Positions 1 through 7,638 are shown, counted from the first letter of the stretch. The stretch is 14,402 nt of DNA from Cyanobacteriota bacterium (GCA_046045965.1 JBJOKS010000059.1:1-14402); one strand, 5' to 3'. Numbers and translations: made by a program. The notes: a model not told the origin generated them from the sequence alone.

Positions 1-1022
1 ATTAAAGGTAATTTATCTTTGCTAAAAGCTACTAAACAATGATGCCAAGTTCCTGGTAAATTAGCTACATCTGGTAATATGAGCATGATGCTTGTTCGCA
101 ACCATTTTTCACTTTCCTCTGAGTTAATTTCGGCATGAGGATCTGTAAGAATACGAGTAATTTGACCTAAACGTAAACTACCATCGAGAAATTGTACTGC
201 ACCTAAATCTAAAATTGGTGGTACTATTTCATTACCAGCTTGATCCCATAATTGATCATTTTGAGTGGATGCAATTTCTAATTGAAAGCGTTGTAAATTA
301 GCTGGTGTGACTAAAGTACGTAACCGCAGATTCACTGGTGGAGTTACAATTATTTCTGCATGAGAGAAATAGATTTTGATGGGAATACCAGAGGATTTTA
401 GCAGTTTTCGGCTCATTCCACCAGCACAAATGGCTATATCGGCGCTGTGGAACGTTGTGGTATTTGTTTTTACTCCTTTAAAGCTTTTGTCGCCGGACAA
501 AATCTGTGTAAGTTCTAATACTTGACTAAACTGTATTTCTCCCCCCAGACGCAGAAAGGCTTGAATGTATGCTTGCGTTATTTTTTCTGGGTGGATATGA
601 CCATGTTTGACGGTTAAAGCACCAGATATGGCGTTTTTATTTAGTAATGGTTCTAACTCACAGGCTTCTTGGATACTCAATAGCTGGGGTGGTGTGCTAA
701 GATGGGAATAGGATGCAGCTGCTACCTCTGGGTCAGTACCATTAGCGATAGTTAGTAATAAATCTAATTCACGAAATTGGATATCAGCATCTAATTCTTG
801 AGTTAGGATTTGATAACGTGCGATCGCTTCCTGAGATAGTTTTTGTGTAATAGGTGTTGTACTCGACCAATAAGAAATCCCACCATAACTAAAGCGAGTA
901 GCATTTTGTGGTGTTTTGTCTTGTTCTAGCAGCAGTACCGAAAAGCCAGTTTTTGCTAATTCATAAGCGATCGCAGCACCTGTAATTCCTGCACCAACTA
1001 CAATCCAATCATACACTTTCAT
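1..1022 (-). CDS. FAD-dependent oxidoreductase (DAO/glycine-oxidase-like family), 3' end runs off the window
   Basis: Not in the ORF track. Manual translation from ATG (cat at 1020-1022) gives MKVYDWIVVGAGITGAAIAYELAKTGFSVLLLEQDKTPQNATRFSYGG, a Rossmann GxGxxG motif followed by an acidic residue. The same frame at the left edge reads ...PGTWHHCLVAFSKDKLPL, typical of the DAO-family region just before the C-terminus. Confidence 0.88.
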   Translation of the reverse strand, partial: MKVYDWIVVGAGITGAAIAYELAKTGFSVLLLEQDKTPQNATRFSYGGISYWSSTTPITQKLSQEAIARYQILTQELDADIQFRELDLLLTIANGTDPEVAAASYSHLSTPPQLLSIQEACELEPLLNKNAISGALTVKHGHIHPEKITQAYIQAFLRLGGEIQFSQVLELTQILSGDKSFKGVKTNTTTFHSADIAICAGGMSRKLLKSSGIPIKIYFSHAEIIVTPPVNLRLRTLVTPANLQRFQLEIASTQNDQLWDQAGNEIVPPILDLGAVQFLDGSLRLGQITRILTDPHAEINSEESEKWLRTSIMLILPDVANLPGTWHHCLVAFSKDKLPL

Positions 1023-1041
1023 AGATAATTACAGTTTGAAT

Positions 1042-1548
1042 ATGAATATCCGTCCTGAAAATATACTAGATTACCCAACTATATCAGAAGTAAATACACT
1101 AGCTTTTGGTGGCAACAAGGAAGCTAAACTTGTAGAAATTATTCGCTCATCTAACGGTTATATTCCCGAACTTTCATTAGTTGCAGAAATTGCAAATTCT
1201 GTAGTTGGTTATATAATGTTTAGCTACATTGACTTAGTAGGTGAACAACAACTACCTGTATTGAGTTTAGCACCGATGGCGGTTCATCCAGAATTGCAAA
1301 ACCAAGGTATAGGTAGCGCACTACTAAAAGCAGGGTTAGAACTAGCAGACAAAAGAGGAGAAGCACTGGTTATTGTTTTAGGTTATCCTAAACTTTATGC
1401 TCCCTTTGGGTTTCAACCATCAATAAATTATCAAATTGAGAGTCCTTTTCCTGTTCCCGAAGATGTGTTTATGGTGAAACCTCTTTCTGGTTATGAAGAA
1501 AAATATAAAGGGAAAGTCGTTTATCCTCCCGCTTTTCTTAATTTTTGA
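1042..1548 (+). CDS. GNAT family N-acetyltransferase (YhbS-like)
   Basis: Acetyl-CoA motif A (LAPMAVHPELQNQGIGSALL) and motif B (VLGYPKLYAPFGF), with a C-terminal GKVVYPPAF typical of YhbS-like GNATs. ATG at 1042 is preferred over the TTG at 1036. Confidence 0.9.
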   Translation: MNIRPENILDYPTISEVNTLAFGGNKEAKLVEIIRSSNGYIPELSLVAEIANSVVGYIMFSYIDLVGEQQLPVLSLAPMAVHPELQNQGIGSALLKAGLELADKRGEALVIVLGYPKLYAPFGFQPSINYQIESPFPVPEDVFMVKPLSGYEEKYKGKVVYPPAFLNF

Positions 1549-1570
1549 ATTTTGAATTTTGATTTTTAAT
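1543..1570. repeat. Heptamer short tandem repeat (TTTTGAA)x2 plus two degenerate copies, between convergent genes
   Basis: ttttgaa ttttgaa ttttgat ttttaat, an STRR-type heptamer array of the kind common in heterocystous cyanobacteria. Confidence 0.75.
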
Positions 1571-2654
1571 TGGTATTACCTATTTTAACATCATGTAAAT
1601 CACGTGCTTCTTTGGGATAAACAGTATTTATGGATTGCAACATTTTTTCCCGTTTTTTACGGGCAATTTCTTGTAAATCAACAGTTTTATCAGTCTCATC
1701 TACTATCTCACCAGTGATAACCTCAAGCACGTCTTCCAAAGTAATAACACCAGCAACACATCCATATTCATCTACTACTACTGCAAGATGCTCATGGGAT
1801 TCTATAAAGCTTTTAAGAAGTTTATCAGCCCGAATTATCTCAGGAACAAAGCGAACTTTTCTAGTTAAGTCAGCAATTTTTTGATCACTACTTCCCTCAA
1901 CCATTGCTGTTAGTAAGCTTTGTTTTAGTGCAAATCCCAAGATTTGATCAATAGATTCATCAATGACAATAATTCGAGTATGTTGGGAAGCAATAATATC
2001 GGCTTTAGCCTCAGCTAAAGTTAAATTACCACGTATATATGTGAGCATGATTTGGGGTGTCATTAAATCAGATGCTGTCACATCATTTAATCTAAACACC
2101 CTCTGAATCATTTCTGCTTCATCACTTTGAATGATTCCTTCTTGTTGACCAATATTTGCTAATAATTTGATTTCAGCTTCGTTTGTTGTTGGTTTTTTTC
2201 TCCCTTTAGTAAAAGGTGCAGTGACATTTTCTAGAATCCAAACTAAAGGTGTAAAAGCAATGGAAATTCCAGTTACAGGTATGGCTGTGAGTATAGCAAT
2301 TTGTTCAGAATACCTTTCGCCAATTGTCTTGGGCATAATTTCCCCAAAGATGATAATTAGAAATGTTAATATTCCTGAAAATACACCAAGCCACCTATCT
2401 CCTAATACTTGAGTGGCAATACTACCTGTGATGATACTACCAATGATGTTGAAAATATTATTGAGGATTACTATTGTTGCAATTGGTCGATTCATATTTT
2501 CACGAATCGCTAGAAGTGCAACTGCGGCAGGGTTTTTTAATTCCGCTAACTGTCGAACTCTCAATGTTGAAACAGAGAACAGCGCCGTTTCTGTACAAGA
2601 ACACAATGCTGAACCTAAAAGAAGCAAAAAAACAGTAATTATAAGCTGTAACAT
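1566..2654 (-). CDS. CNNM/DUF21 transmembrane domain plus tandem CBS protein (hemolysin/CorB-like, probable Mg2+/metal homeostasis)
   Basis: N-terminal SALCSCTETALFSVS and IIFGEIMPKTIG are DUF21 signatures. The CBS pair includes HTRIIVIDESIDQILG and HLAVVVDEYGCVAGVITLEDVLEVITGEIVDETD. There is no C-terminal CorC domain. ATG at 2654 is preferred; the ORF track's GTG at 2666 is possible. Confidence 0.9.
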   Translation of the reverse strand: MLQLIITVFLLLLGSALCSCTETALFSVSTLRVRQLAELKNPAAVALLAIRENMNRPIATIVILNNIFNIIGSIITGSIATQVLGDRWLGVFSGILTFLIIIFGEIMPKTIGERYSEQIAILTAIPVTGISIAFTPLVWILENVTAPFTKGRKKPTTNEAEIKLLANIGQQEGIIQSDEAEMIQRVFRLNDVTASDLMTPQIMLTYIRGNLTLAEAKADIIASQHTRIIVIDESIDQILGFALKQSLLTAMVEGSSDQKIADLTRKVRFVPEIIRADKLLKSFIESHEHLAVVVDEYGCVAGVITLEDVLEVITGEIVDETDKTVDLQEIARKKREKMLQSINTVYPKEARDLHDVKIGNTN

Positions 2655-2699
2655 ATAGGTTCCCACGTATGGGAATAGACGGTTAGGGTTAGCAGAGAA

Positions 2700-2810
2700 C
2701 TAGTACCGCAGGGCGGAAGTCAAAAGTCAAAAGTCAAAAGTCAAAACGAAGACAGCATAACCTTTTCGGAGGTGAAAAATGGTTAGTTTATTTACGCCAA
2801 CCTGTACTAG
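2700..2810. mobile_element. 111-bp MITE-like dispersed element bounded by CTAG, with imperfect terminal inverted repeats and internal (AAGTCAA)x4
   Basis: The left end ctagtaccgcagggcggaa (2700-2718) matches the reverse complement of the right end, ctagtacaggttggcgtaa (2792-2810), at 14/19 with the first 7 bases perfect. CTAG lies at both ends. The heptamer array spans 2717-2744. Confidence 0.7.
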
Positions 2811-2948
2811 AGGATATCATGTAGGTACGGTCTAATAATTATAACGCATTTTGAAACTTGCTAAATATAAAAATTTTATTTGGTGCTAAAGGAAGAGAAG
2901 GGGTACTTATGACCTAATCACTAAGAGTCAGGACAATATATTTATATT

Positions 2949-2996
2949 TTCCATCACTTTTGGCATAATTTACTGTTTTAGCCGCAAGTGATGAAA
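2949..2996 (-). terminator. Stem-loop just downstream of the porin stop codon (terminator or 3' stabilising hairpin)
   Basis: catcactt (2952-2959) pairs with aagtgatg (2986-2993), with further ggc/gcc pairing. It begins about 10 bp after the porin stop. No U-tract follows on the minus strand, so terminator function is uncertain. Confidence 0.5.
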
Positions 2997-3006
2997 GAGT
3001 TGAATG

Positions 3007-4617
3007 TTAGAAAGAGAAGGTAGTACGCACAGTACCAATATAAATAGGGTCGTTGTTATCGTTGTGTTCAGGATTGAAAATGACTAACACACCAGGAGTA
3101 ATCTGAATATTGTCAGAAACTTTCATCTTGTAAAGACCTTCAAGATGATAGGATGTGTCAGGATCTTGACCATTAACATCAGTAACTCTAGGTGGTTGAC
3201 CAAAAATCAAACCTAAAACGTTTCCTTGTTTACCAAAGTCTCTTAAACCTAAAGTTGTACCCCAGTACCAAATACTTGCATCTTGGTTAGAACCGTTTAA
3301 AGCTTCCGCAGTGCTATAACCAACCCAACCAGCTAAAGTTAATTTGGAACTTGGTTGAAATGTAGCTTGAAGACCGTAGTTGTTAGATGCAGTTGCAACA
3401 TTTCCACCAAATGGTCTATTTGCATTGGTACTTCCTGTACTACCAAAAAGATTTACAGCATTAGGATTGCTAGTTGCAGGATTGTTATCGGTATCAACTG
3501 CACTGTCGTATGTGCGAGCATAAGCAAACCCAATATTAAAAGATTTACTAGGTTTGAACGCTATTTGTCCAAAAATGGTGTTGTCACCGTCAAAAAGTCC
3601 AAAACCAGAGTTAGGGTTAGAATTTCTGGGTGCTACATAGGCCGCAGTTAAACTCAGAGAACTTTGAGGGTTAGCGACTACAGTAAAAGCAGAACCACCA
3701 GTGCTTTGACGATAGATAGGACTAAAACGACCGTAGCGGGAAATAGCACCCAAACCATCGCTTCTCCACTCAGGGTTAAATACTTCGGTATTGTCCCATA
3801 ATTCTGCATTATTGGCATCAATCTTGATCCGCACTTTATCGGTCAAATTGAACGCATAATTGATTTTATCAACACCAACGCTGTTGCCTTCATCCCCATC
3901 AAAACCTAATCGGGTCAGATTCGTACCTGTAATACTGCTATTAGGTTGAGTATTGCGACCCTGTAAACGAACTTCTAAGCGGTCTTTACCTGTAAAGCTA
4001 CTAACTAATCTCAACCTGAGTCGATTGGAAAAAACGGTGTTACTATCCAAGTTACCACCACCAGCTCTCTCGTTACCAAAAGCCTGAGCTATGTTGAATA
4101 TTGCTTCACCTTGTAATTTGGTGGTAGTAGAAAATTGATTTGCTTCTAATTCAGCAGTACGAGCTTCTACAGCATCAACACGACCACGTAAAGTTGCTAA
4201 TTCCGCAGAAAATTCTTCTTGTAAACGTCCCAATGTGGCTAAATCTTCTTTATTTGCTAAGTCAGATGTAGCTGTGGCAATTAATTCATTAACTCTGTCT
4301 AAACAAGCATTTAAACCTGCGGCAAATTCATAACGAGTTAATGCACGATTACCACGGTAAGTACCATTAGGATAACCTGCAATACAACCGTAGCGTTCCA
4401 CTAAAGATTGTAAAGCTTGAAAAGCCCAATCTGTCGGTTGGACATCAGAAAACTGAGAAACTGATGTTACTTGCCCTATATTATTATTATCTTCAAATAA
4501 TTCAGGAACGCTTGTTAACTGGTTATTAGTTTCACCAGCATAAGCATTGTTAGCCGACAAAAATGTAGAAACAACTATGGGACTGACTTTCAGCAGATTC
4601 CAAAATATTTTGGACAT
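3007..4617 (-). CDS. Cyanobacterial outer-membrane porin (SLH domain + coiled coil + OprB barrel; SomA/SomB or 'iron uptake porin' family)
   Basis: Signal peptide ending AYA; SLH motif VTSVSQFSDVQPTDWAFQALQSLVERYGCIAGYP; TRYEFAAGLNACLD; QFSTTTKL; terminal RTTFSF beta-signal. ATG at 4617 is preferred because the track's GTG at 4635 overlaps the GAGGAG element. Confidence 0.95.
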   Translation of the reverse strand: MSKIFWNLLKVSPIVVSTFLSANNAYAGETNNQLTSVPELFEDNNNIGQVTSVSQFSDVQPTDWAFQALQSLVERYGCIAGYPNGTYRGNRALTRYEFAAGLNACLDRVNELIATATSDLANKEDLATLGRLQEEFSAELATLRGRVDAVEARTAELEANQFSTTTKLQGEAIFNIAQAFGNERAGGGNLDSNTVFSNRLRLRLVSSFTGKDRLEVRLQGRNTQPNSSITGTNLTRLGFDGDEGNSVGVDKINYAFNLTDKVRIKIDANNAELWDNTEVFNPEWRSDGLGAISRYGRFSPIYRQSTGGSAFTVVANPQSSLSLTAAYVAPRNSNPNSGFGLFDGDNTIFGQIAFKPSKSFNIGFAYARTYDSAVDTDNNPATSNPNAVNLFGSTGSTNANRPFGGNVATASNNYGLQATFQPSSKLTLAGWVGYSTAEALNGSNQDASIWYWGTTLGLRDFGKQGNVLGLIFGQPPRVTDVNGQDPDTSYHLEGLYKMKVSDNIQITPGVLVIFNPEHNDNNDPIYIGTVRTTFSF

Positions 4618-4832
4618 ATTTTTATTTACTCTCACTCCTCAAGATTCCATTTAGTAATAAATTTTCTCGTTATTCAGAAAATTTACTGCTAGATATCTAT
4701 TGAACCATAGACTGTCTTTCTCGATCTGAAATTTGATAATTAAATTTGTGTATCAAACTTATAAGTAAGAACTCAATAAATCTCAATGAATCTATTTATC
4801 TAATCTTATGTTAGTAGTTAATTAGCCTGATA

Positions 4833-6221
4833 TTATTTCAATGGTTGATGAGCGACATTAGCAGAAACAATACCCATCAATTCTAATACTGCTGCAACTC
4901 GTAAAATTAATGCTTCATTATAAGGTGCAGCAATTAATTGTACTCCTAAAGGTAAAGAATTATTTTGATTAATTGGTACTGACAACACAGGTAAACCAAT
5001 AAAAGATAATGGTTGTGTAAATAATCCCAAATGAGGACGCACTAGTATTTCTTCACCGTCTAAAATCATCGTAGTTTGACCAATTAAAGGGGCTTTAATG
5101 GGTGTAGTTGGGGCAATAATTATATCTACATTTGCAAATATCTCTCTTACTTGATCTCTATACCATGTTCTAAAACGTTGGGCTTGGATATACCAATGAT
5201 GAGGAATTAATGCACCAGCTAGAAAGCGATCGCGTGTTCCAGGGTCAAAGTCTTGAGGACGGGATTTTAACTTCTCTAAATGCAGATTTGCACCTTCACA
5301 AGCTGTAATCACAAACGCCGCAGCACGGGCAATTTTAGCTTCTGGTATTGTTATATATTCAGTGACATTTAAAGCATTAGCAACTTTTTCCACTGCTGCT
5401 AAAGCTTCTGGTGTTGCACTTTGGGTAAAATAATCATCTGCAATGGCAATTCTCATTTGAGAAATATCATGATTTATTTGTGGTAGACATTTTTCAATAG
5501 GGTGTTTTGTACAAACCGGATCTTTTTCATCTTCACCTTGCAGAACATCAAAAATTGTCGCAATATCTCTCACAGAATTTGCAAAATGACCGATATGATC
5601 TAAACTGCTAGAAAACAATTTTACACCTGCACGAGACAACCTGCCATAAGTAGGTTTAAAACCAAACACACCACATAAAGCAGCAGGAACTCGAATAGAA
5701 CCATTAGTATCTGAACCTAAAGAAAAAGGAACTAAACCCCCAGCAACCGCAGCAGCAGAACCACCTGAAGAACCTCCTGCTATTCGTTGTAGATCATGGG
5801 GGTTATGTGTAGTACCATAATGGGAATTTTCTGTCACAAACCCATAAGCATATTCGTCCATATTTAACGCACCAACCAACACCGCACCAGCTTTTTTTAA
5901 CCTAGTAATTGCGGTTGCATCTTGAGTAGCTGGAAAATTTTCAGCATTGATTTTTGCACCGGCTAAAGTTGTTAACCCAGCGATATCAAATAAGTTTTTA
6001 ACTGCAAAAGGTATACCAGATAAAACACCAGGATTTTTACCTTGAGCAATTTCTTGATCAACATTAGCCGCATCTTGTAAAGCTGTTTCTGTGGTAATTT
6101 CAGTAAAACAATTTAATTCTTTATTTCTGTCATGAATTTTCGCTAATGCTGTTTGGGTAACTTCTACTGCGCTAATTTTACCTGATAAGATATTTGTTGA
6201 GATGGAAACGGCATCATTCAT
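4833..6221 (-). CDS. atzE: AtzE-family amidohydrolase (amidase signature, Ser-cisSer-Lys triad)
   Basis: GIPFAVKNLFDI (catalytic Lys), GALNMDEYAYGF, AGGSSGGSAAAVA and SLGSDTNGSIRVPAALCG. KNLFD, MDEYAYGF and DTNGS fit the AtzE/HpxY subfamily rather than GatA. The small partner gene lies directly upstream. The symbol is a family-level call; the substrate is not established. Confidence 0.88.
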   Translation of the reverse strand: MNDAVSISTNILSGKISAVEVTQTALAKIHDRNKELNCFTEITTETALQDAANVDQEIAQGKNPGVLSGIPFAVKNLFDIAGLTTLAGAKINAENFPATQDATAITRLKKAGAVLVGALNMDEYAYGFVTENSHYGTTHNPHDLQRIAGGSSGGSAAAVAGGLVPFSLGSDTNGSIRVPAALCGVFGFKPTYGRLSRAGVKLFSSSLDHIGHFANSVRDIATIFDVLQGEDEKDPVCTKHPIEKCLPQINHDISQMRIAIADDYFTQSATPEALAAVEKVANALNVTEYITIPEAKIARAAAFVITACEGANLHLEKLKSRPQDFDPGTRDRFLAGALIPHHWYIQAQRFRTWYRDQVREIFANVDIIIAPTTPIKAPLIGQTTMILDGEEILVRPHLGLFTQPLSFIGLPVLSVPINQNNSLPLGVQLIAAPYNEALILRVAAVLELMGIVSANVAHQPLK

Positions 6222-6222
6222 A

Positions 6223-6252
6223 GTTAATTTATGTTAATTTATGTTAATTTAT
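6223..6252. repeat. Perfect 10-bp tandem triplication (GTTAATTTAT)x3 filling the atzG-atzE spacer
   Basis: Identical copies at 6223-6232, 6233-6242 and 6243-6252. The last copy contains the stop codon of the small ORF. Confidence 0.85.
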
Positions 6253-6437
6253 GCTTCAAAAGTGGGTGCAATTTCAACTTCTTCTGGTAAATGAAAGTTA
6301 TTCACAACTTCTGCTATTGATTTGATCTTTTCAAAATTTGCAACCACTCCATTTTTATATTCATCTTTGATCGGCAAATTCAGTAACAGCGACATTTGCT
6401 CAACATACTCACTTACATCGAAATCATGATTTACCAT
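6249..6437 (-). CDS. DUF4089 / AtzG-like small subunit of the AtzE amidase
   Basis: 62 aa, with YVEQMSLLLNLPI...GVVANFEKI...F.LPEEVEIAPTF matching the DUF4089 (AtzG/HpxX) pattern. It lies 27 bp upstream of the amidase on the same strand. Confidence 0.85.
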   Translation of the reverse strand: MVNHDFDVSEYVEQMSLLLNLPIKDEYKNGVVANFEKIKSIAEVVNNFHLPEEVEIAPTFEA

Positions 6438-6450
6438 TTTCTTTCTTGTC

Positions 6451-6656
6451 TATAGCATTTCCTAATTATATAGCAATCCTAAATAAGATATGAACACCTA
6501 TTTTTCTCTACCTCTGCGCTCTCTGCGTCTGGAGCGGTTCGTTAAAAAAAATCCGTTCATAAATCAAATAGGATTGCTATATCAGGTATGTTATAGTCTC
6601 CTCAAGCGAGGAGGAGATTGGGATTCCTGTACATCACTAGACTGAGAAAGGCAATA
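6451..6656. mobile_element. Older degenerate MITE-like element, interrupted by the inner element at 6469-6581
   Basis: Removing the inner element plus one TA gives a left end of tatagcatttcctaattatatcaggtat. This aligns without gaps to the reverse complement of 6629-6656 (tattgcctttctcagtctagtgatgtac) at 16/28. There is an internal hairpin tagtctcctc-aagcgag-gaggagattg at 6594-6620. Confidence 0.55.
6469..6581. mobile_element. MITE-like element with ~28-bp terminal inverted repeats flanked by TA (IS630/Tc1-type ends)
   Basis: 6468-6495 (atatagcaatcctaaataagatatgaac) matches the reverse complement of 6555-6582 (atatagcaatcctatttgatttatgaac) at 23/28, with the first 14 perfect. TA lies at 6469-6470 and 6580-6581. 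The non-coding core carries CTCTGCG repeats. Confidence 0.8.
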
Positions 6657-6699
6657 ATTTTGGGTTTTATTTATTTAAATCTTACCATTTTCAAACCAA

Positions 6700-6747
6700 T
6701 AAAAAACCATCCTTATTGCCATTTATTAATATGTAGGATGGTTTTTA
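6700..6747 (-). terminator. Rho-independent terminator for the KGK gene (possibly bidirectional)
   Basis: Perfect 12-bp stem aaaaaccatcct (6702-6713) / aggatggttttt (6735-6746) with a 21-nt loop and T-runs on both strands, starting 17 bp after the KGK stop. Confidence 0.7.
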
Positions 6748-6763
6748 TACTGCATTAGTGAAA

Positions 6764-7213
6764 TTAATATAATCCAGATAATCTCATATTTTTAGAACCA
6801 TTTACTAGATTATCTAAAGGTAATAACTCATCTAATTTATCAGGGTAAAATTCCATGTGAATTTCATCTGCGTGTTTACCTATAGGGGATACAGATATCT
6901 GAACTTTAAGTTTTCCTGTCTGCCAGTTTTTACTACCTATGCTAAGTAACTGACAATCTTTGAAAAGCTGAAATTGAATACTATTTATTTCTATATTTTC
7001 TTCTCCTATTGTCATATCCTTAAATACTGTAATGATTGATTTCTGAGTTTGTTGAGAAATACCAGCTTGTCGCGTTAATTTCTCTCTAATTTCTCGGACT
7101 ATCATCTCCCTAAATCTACTTACTTTAAATATATCTTTTGCAAAAGATAGAATGTAATCATCACAATTTAAAGGAATATGCTTTATACTCATGTTCATTT
7201 CTATTTTGTTCAT
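6764..7213 (-). CDS. KGK-domain family protein (cyanobacterial, function unknown)
   Basis: DDYILSF near the N-terminus, DCQLLSIGSKNWQTGKLKVQISV (a W-x-x-G-K variant of WxKGK) and MEFYPD...PLDNL near the C-terminus. The start is ambiguous among three Met codons. Confidence 0.75.
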   Translation of the reverse strand: MNKIEMNMSIKHIPLNCDDYILSFAKDIFKVSRFREMIVREIREKLTRQAGISQQTQKSIITVFKDMTIGEENIEINSIQFQLFKDCQLLSIGSKNWQTGKLKVQISVSPIGKHADEIHMEFYPDKLDELLPLDNLVNGSKNMRLSGLY

Positions 7214-7638
7214 TTTCTTTGAATCCTATTGATGAGAACTTACTAGCAATTAAGCTGCTTTTAAACCCATATATTTTTTGCTACCCTAACCTACTTTGCC
7301 TAGTTATATCATTTCCTTGTGAAGCTGCAACTAACTTTTAGAAATCTTATTTCTGGCTTTATTTATATCCTCTACGTCCTGTGTAGTTCCTTTACCTTGC
7401 TGTAAATAAATTGAAGTGATTTTCAAATAAATGAACTACATTGTTTTTATTTCACTTATAGACGAGTATGATATTCTTTTTCGTGAGAATATCGTGAGCA
7501 TATAAAAAAGCCGACATAAAAGAAGAGCTTCAGCAACAAGAATGTGTAAATAGATAAATAATCATGTAATCAATGAAATACTTAACTGTGTACCATTAAT
7601 TAATTTTGCTTAAACATCTATGTTACAAAACAATCTCT

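Noticed and set aside
1630..3651. Plus-strand ORFs 1630-1884, 2167-2412, 2413-2658 and 3355-3651
   Set aside because: Antisense shadows of the CNNM and porin genes.
4833..6437. gatC-gatA (Glu-tRNA amidotransferase) assignment
   Set aside because: The motifs (KNLFD, MDEYAYGF, DTNGS) and the 62-aa partner fit AtzE/DUF4089. GatA typically has KDN, DEFAMGS and DTGGS, and GatC is longer.
7368..7392. tcctctacgtcctgtgtagttcc, resembling the CTCTGCG core of the inner MITE
   Set aside because: Too short and degenerate, and no terminal repeats were found around it.
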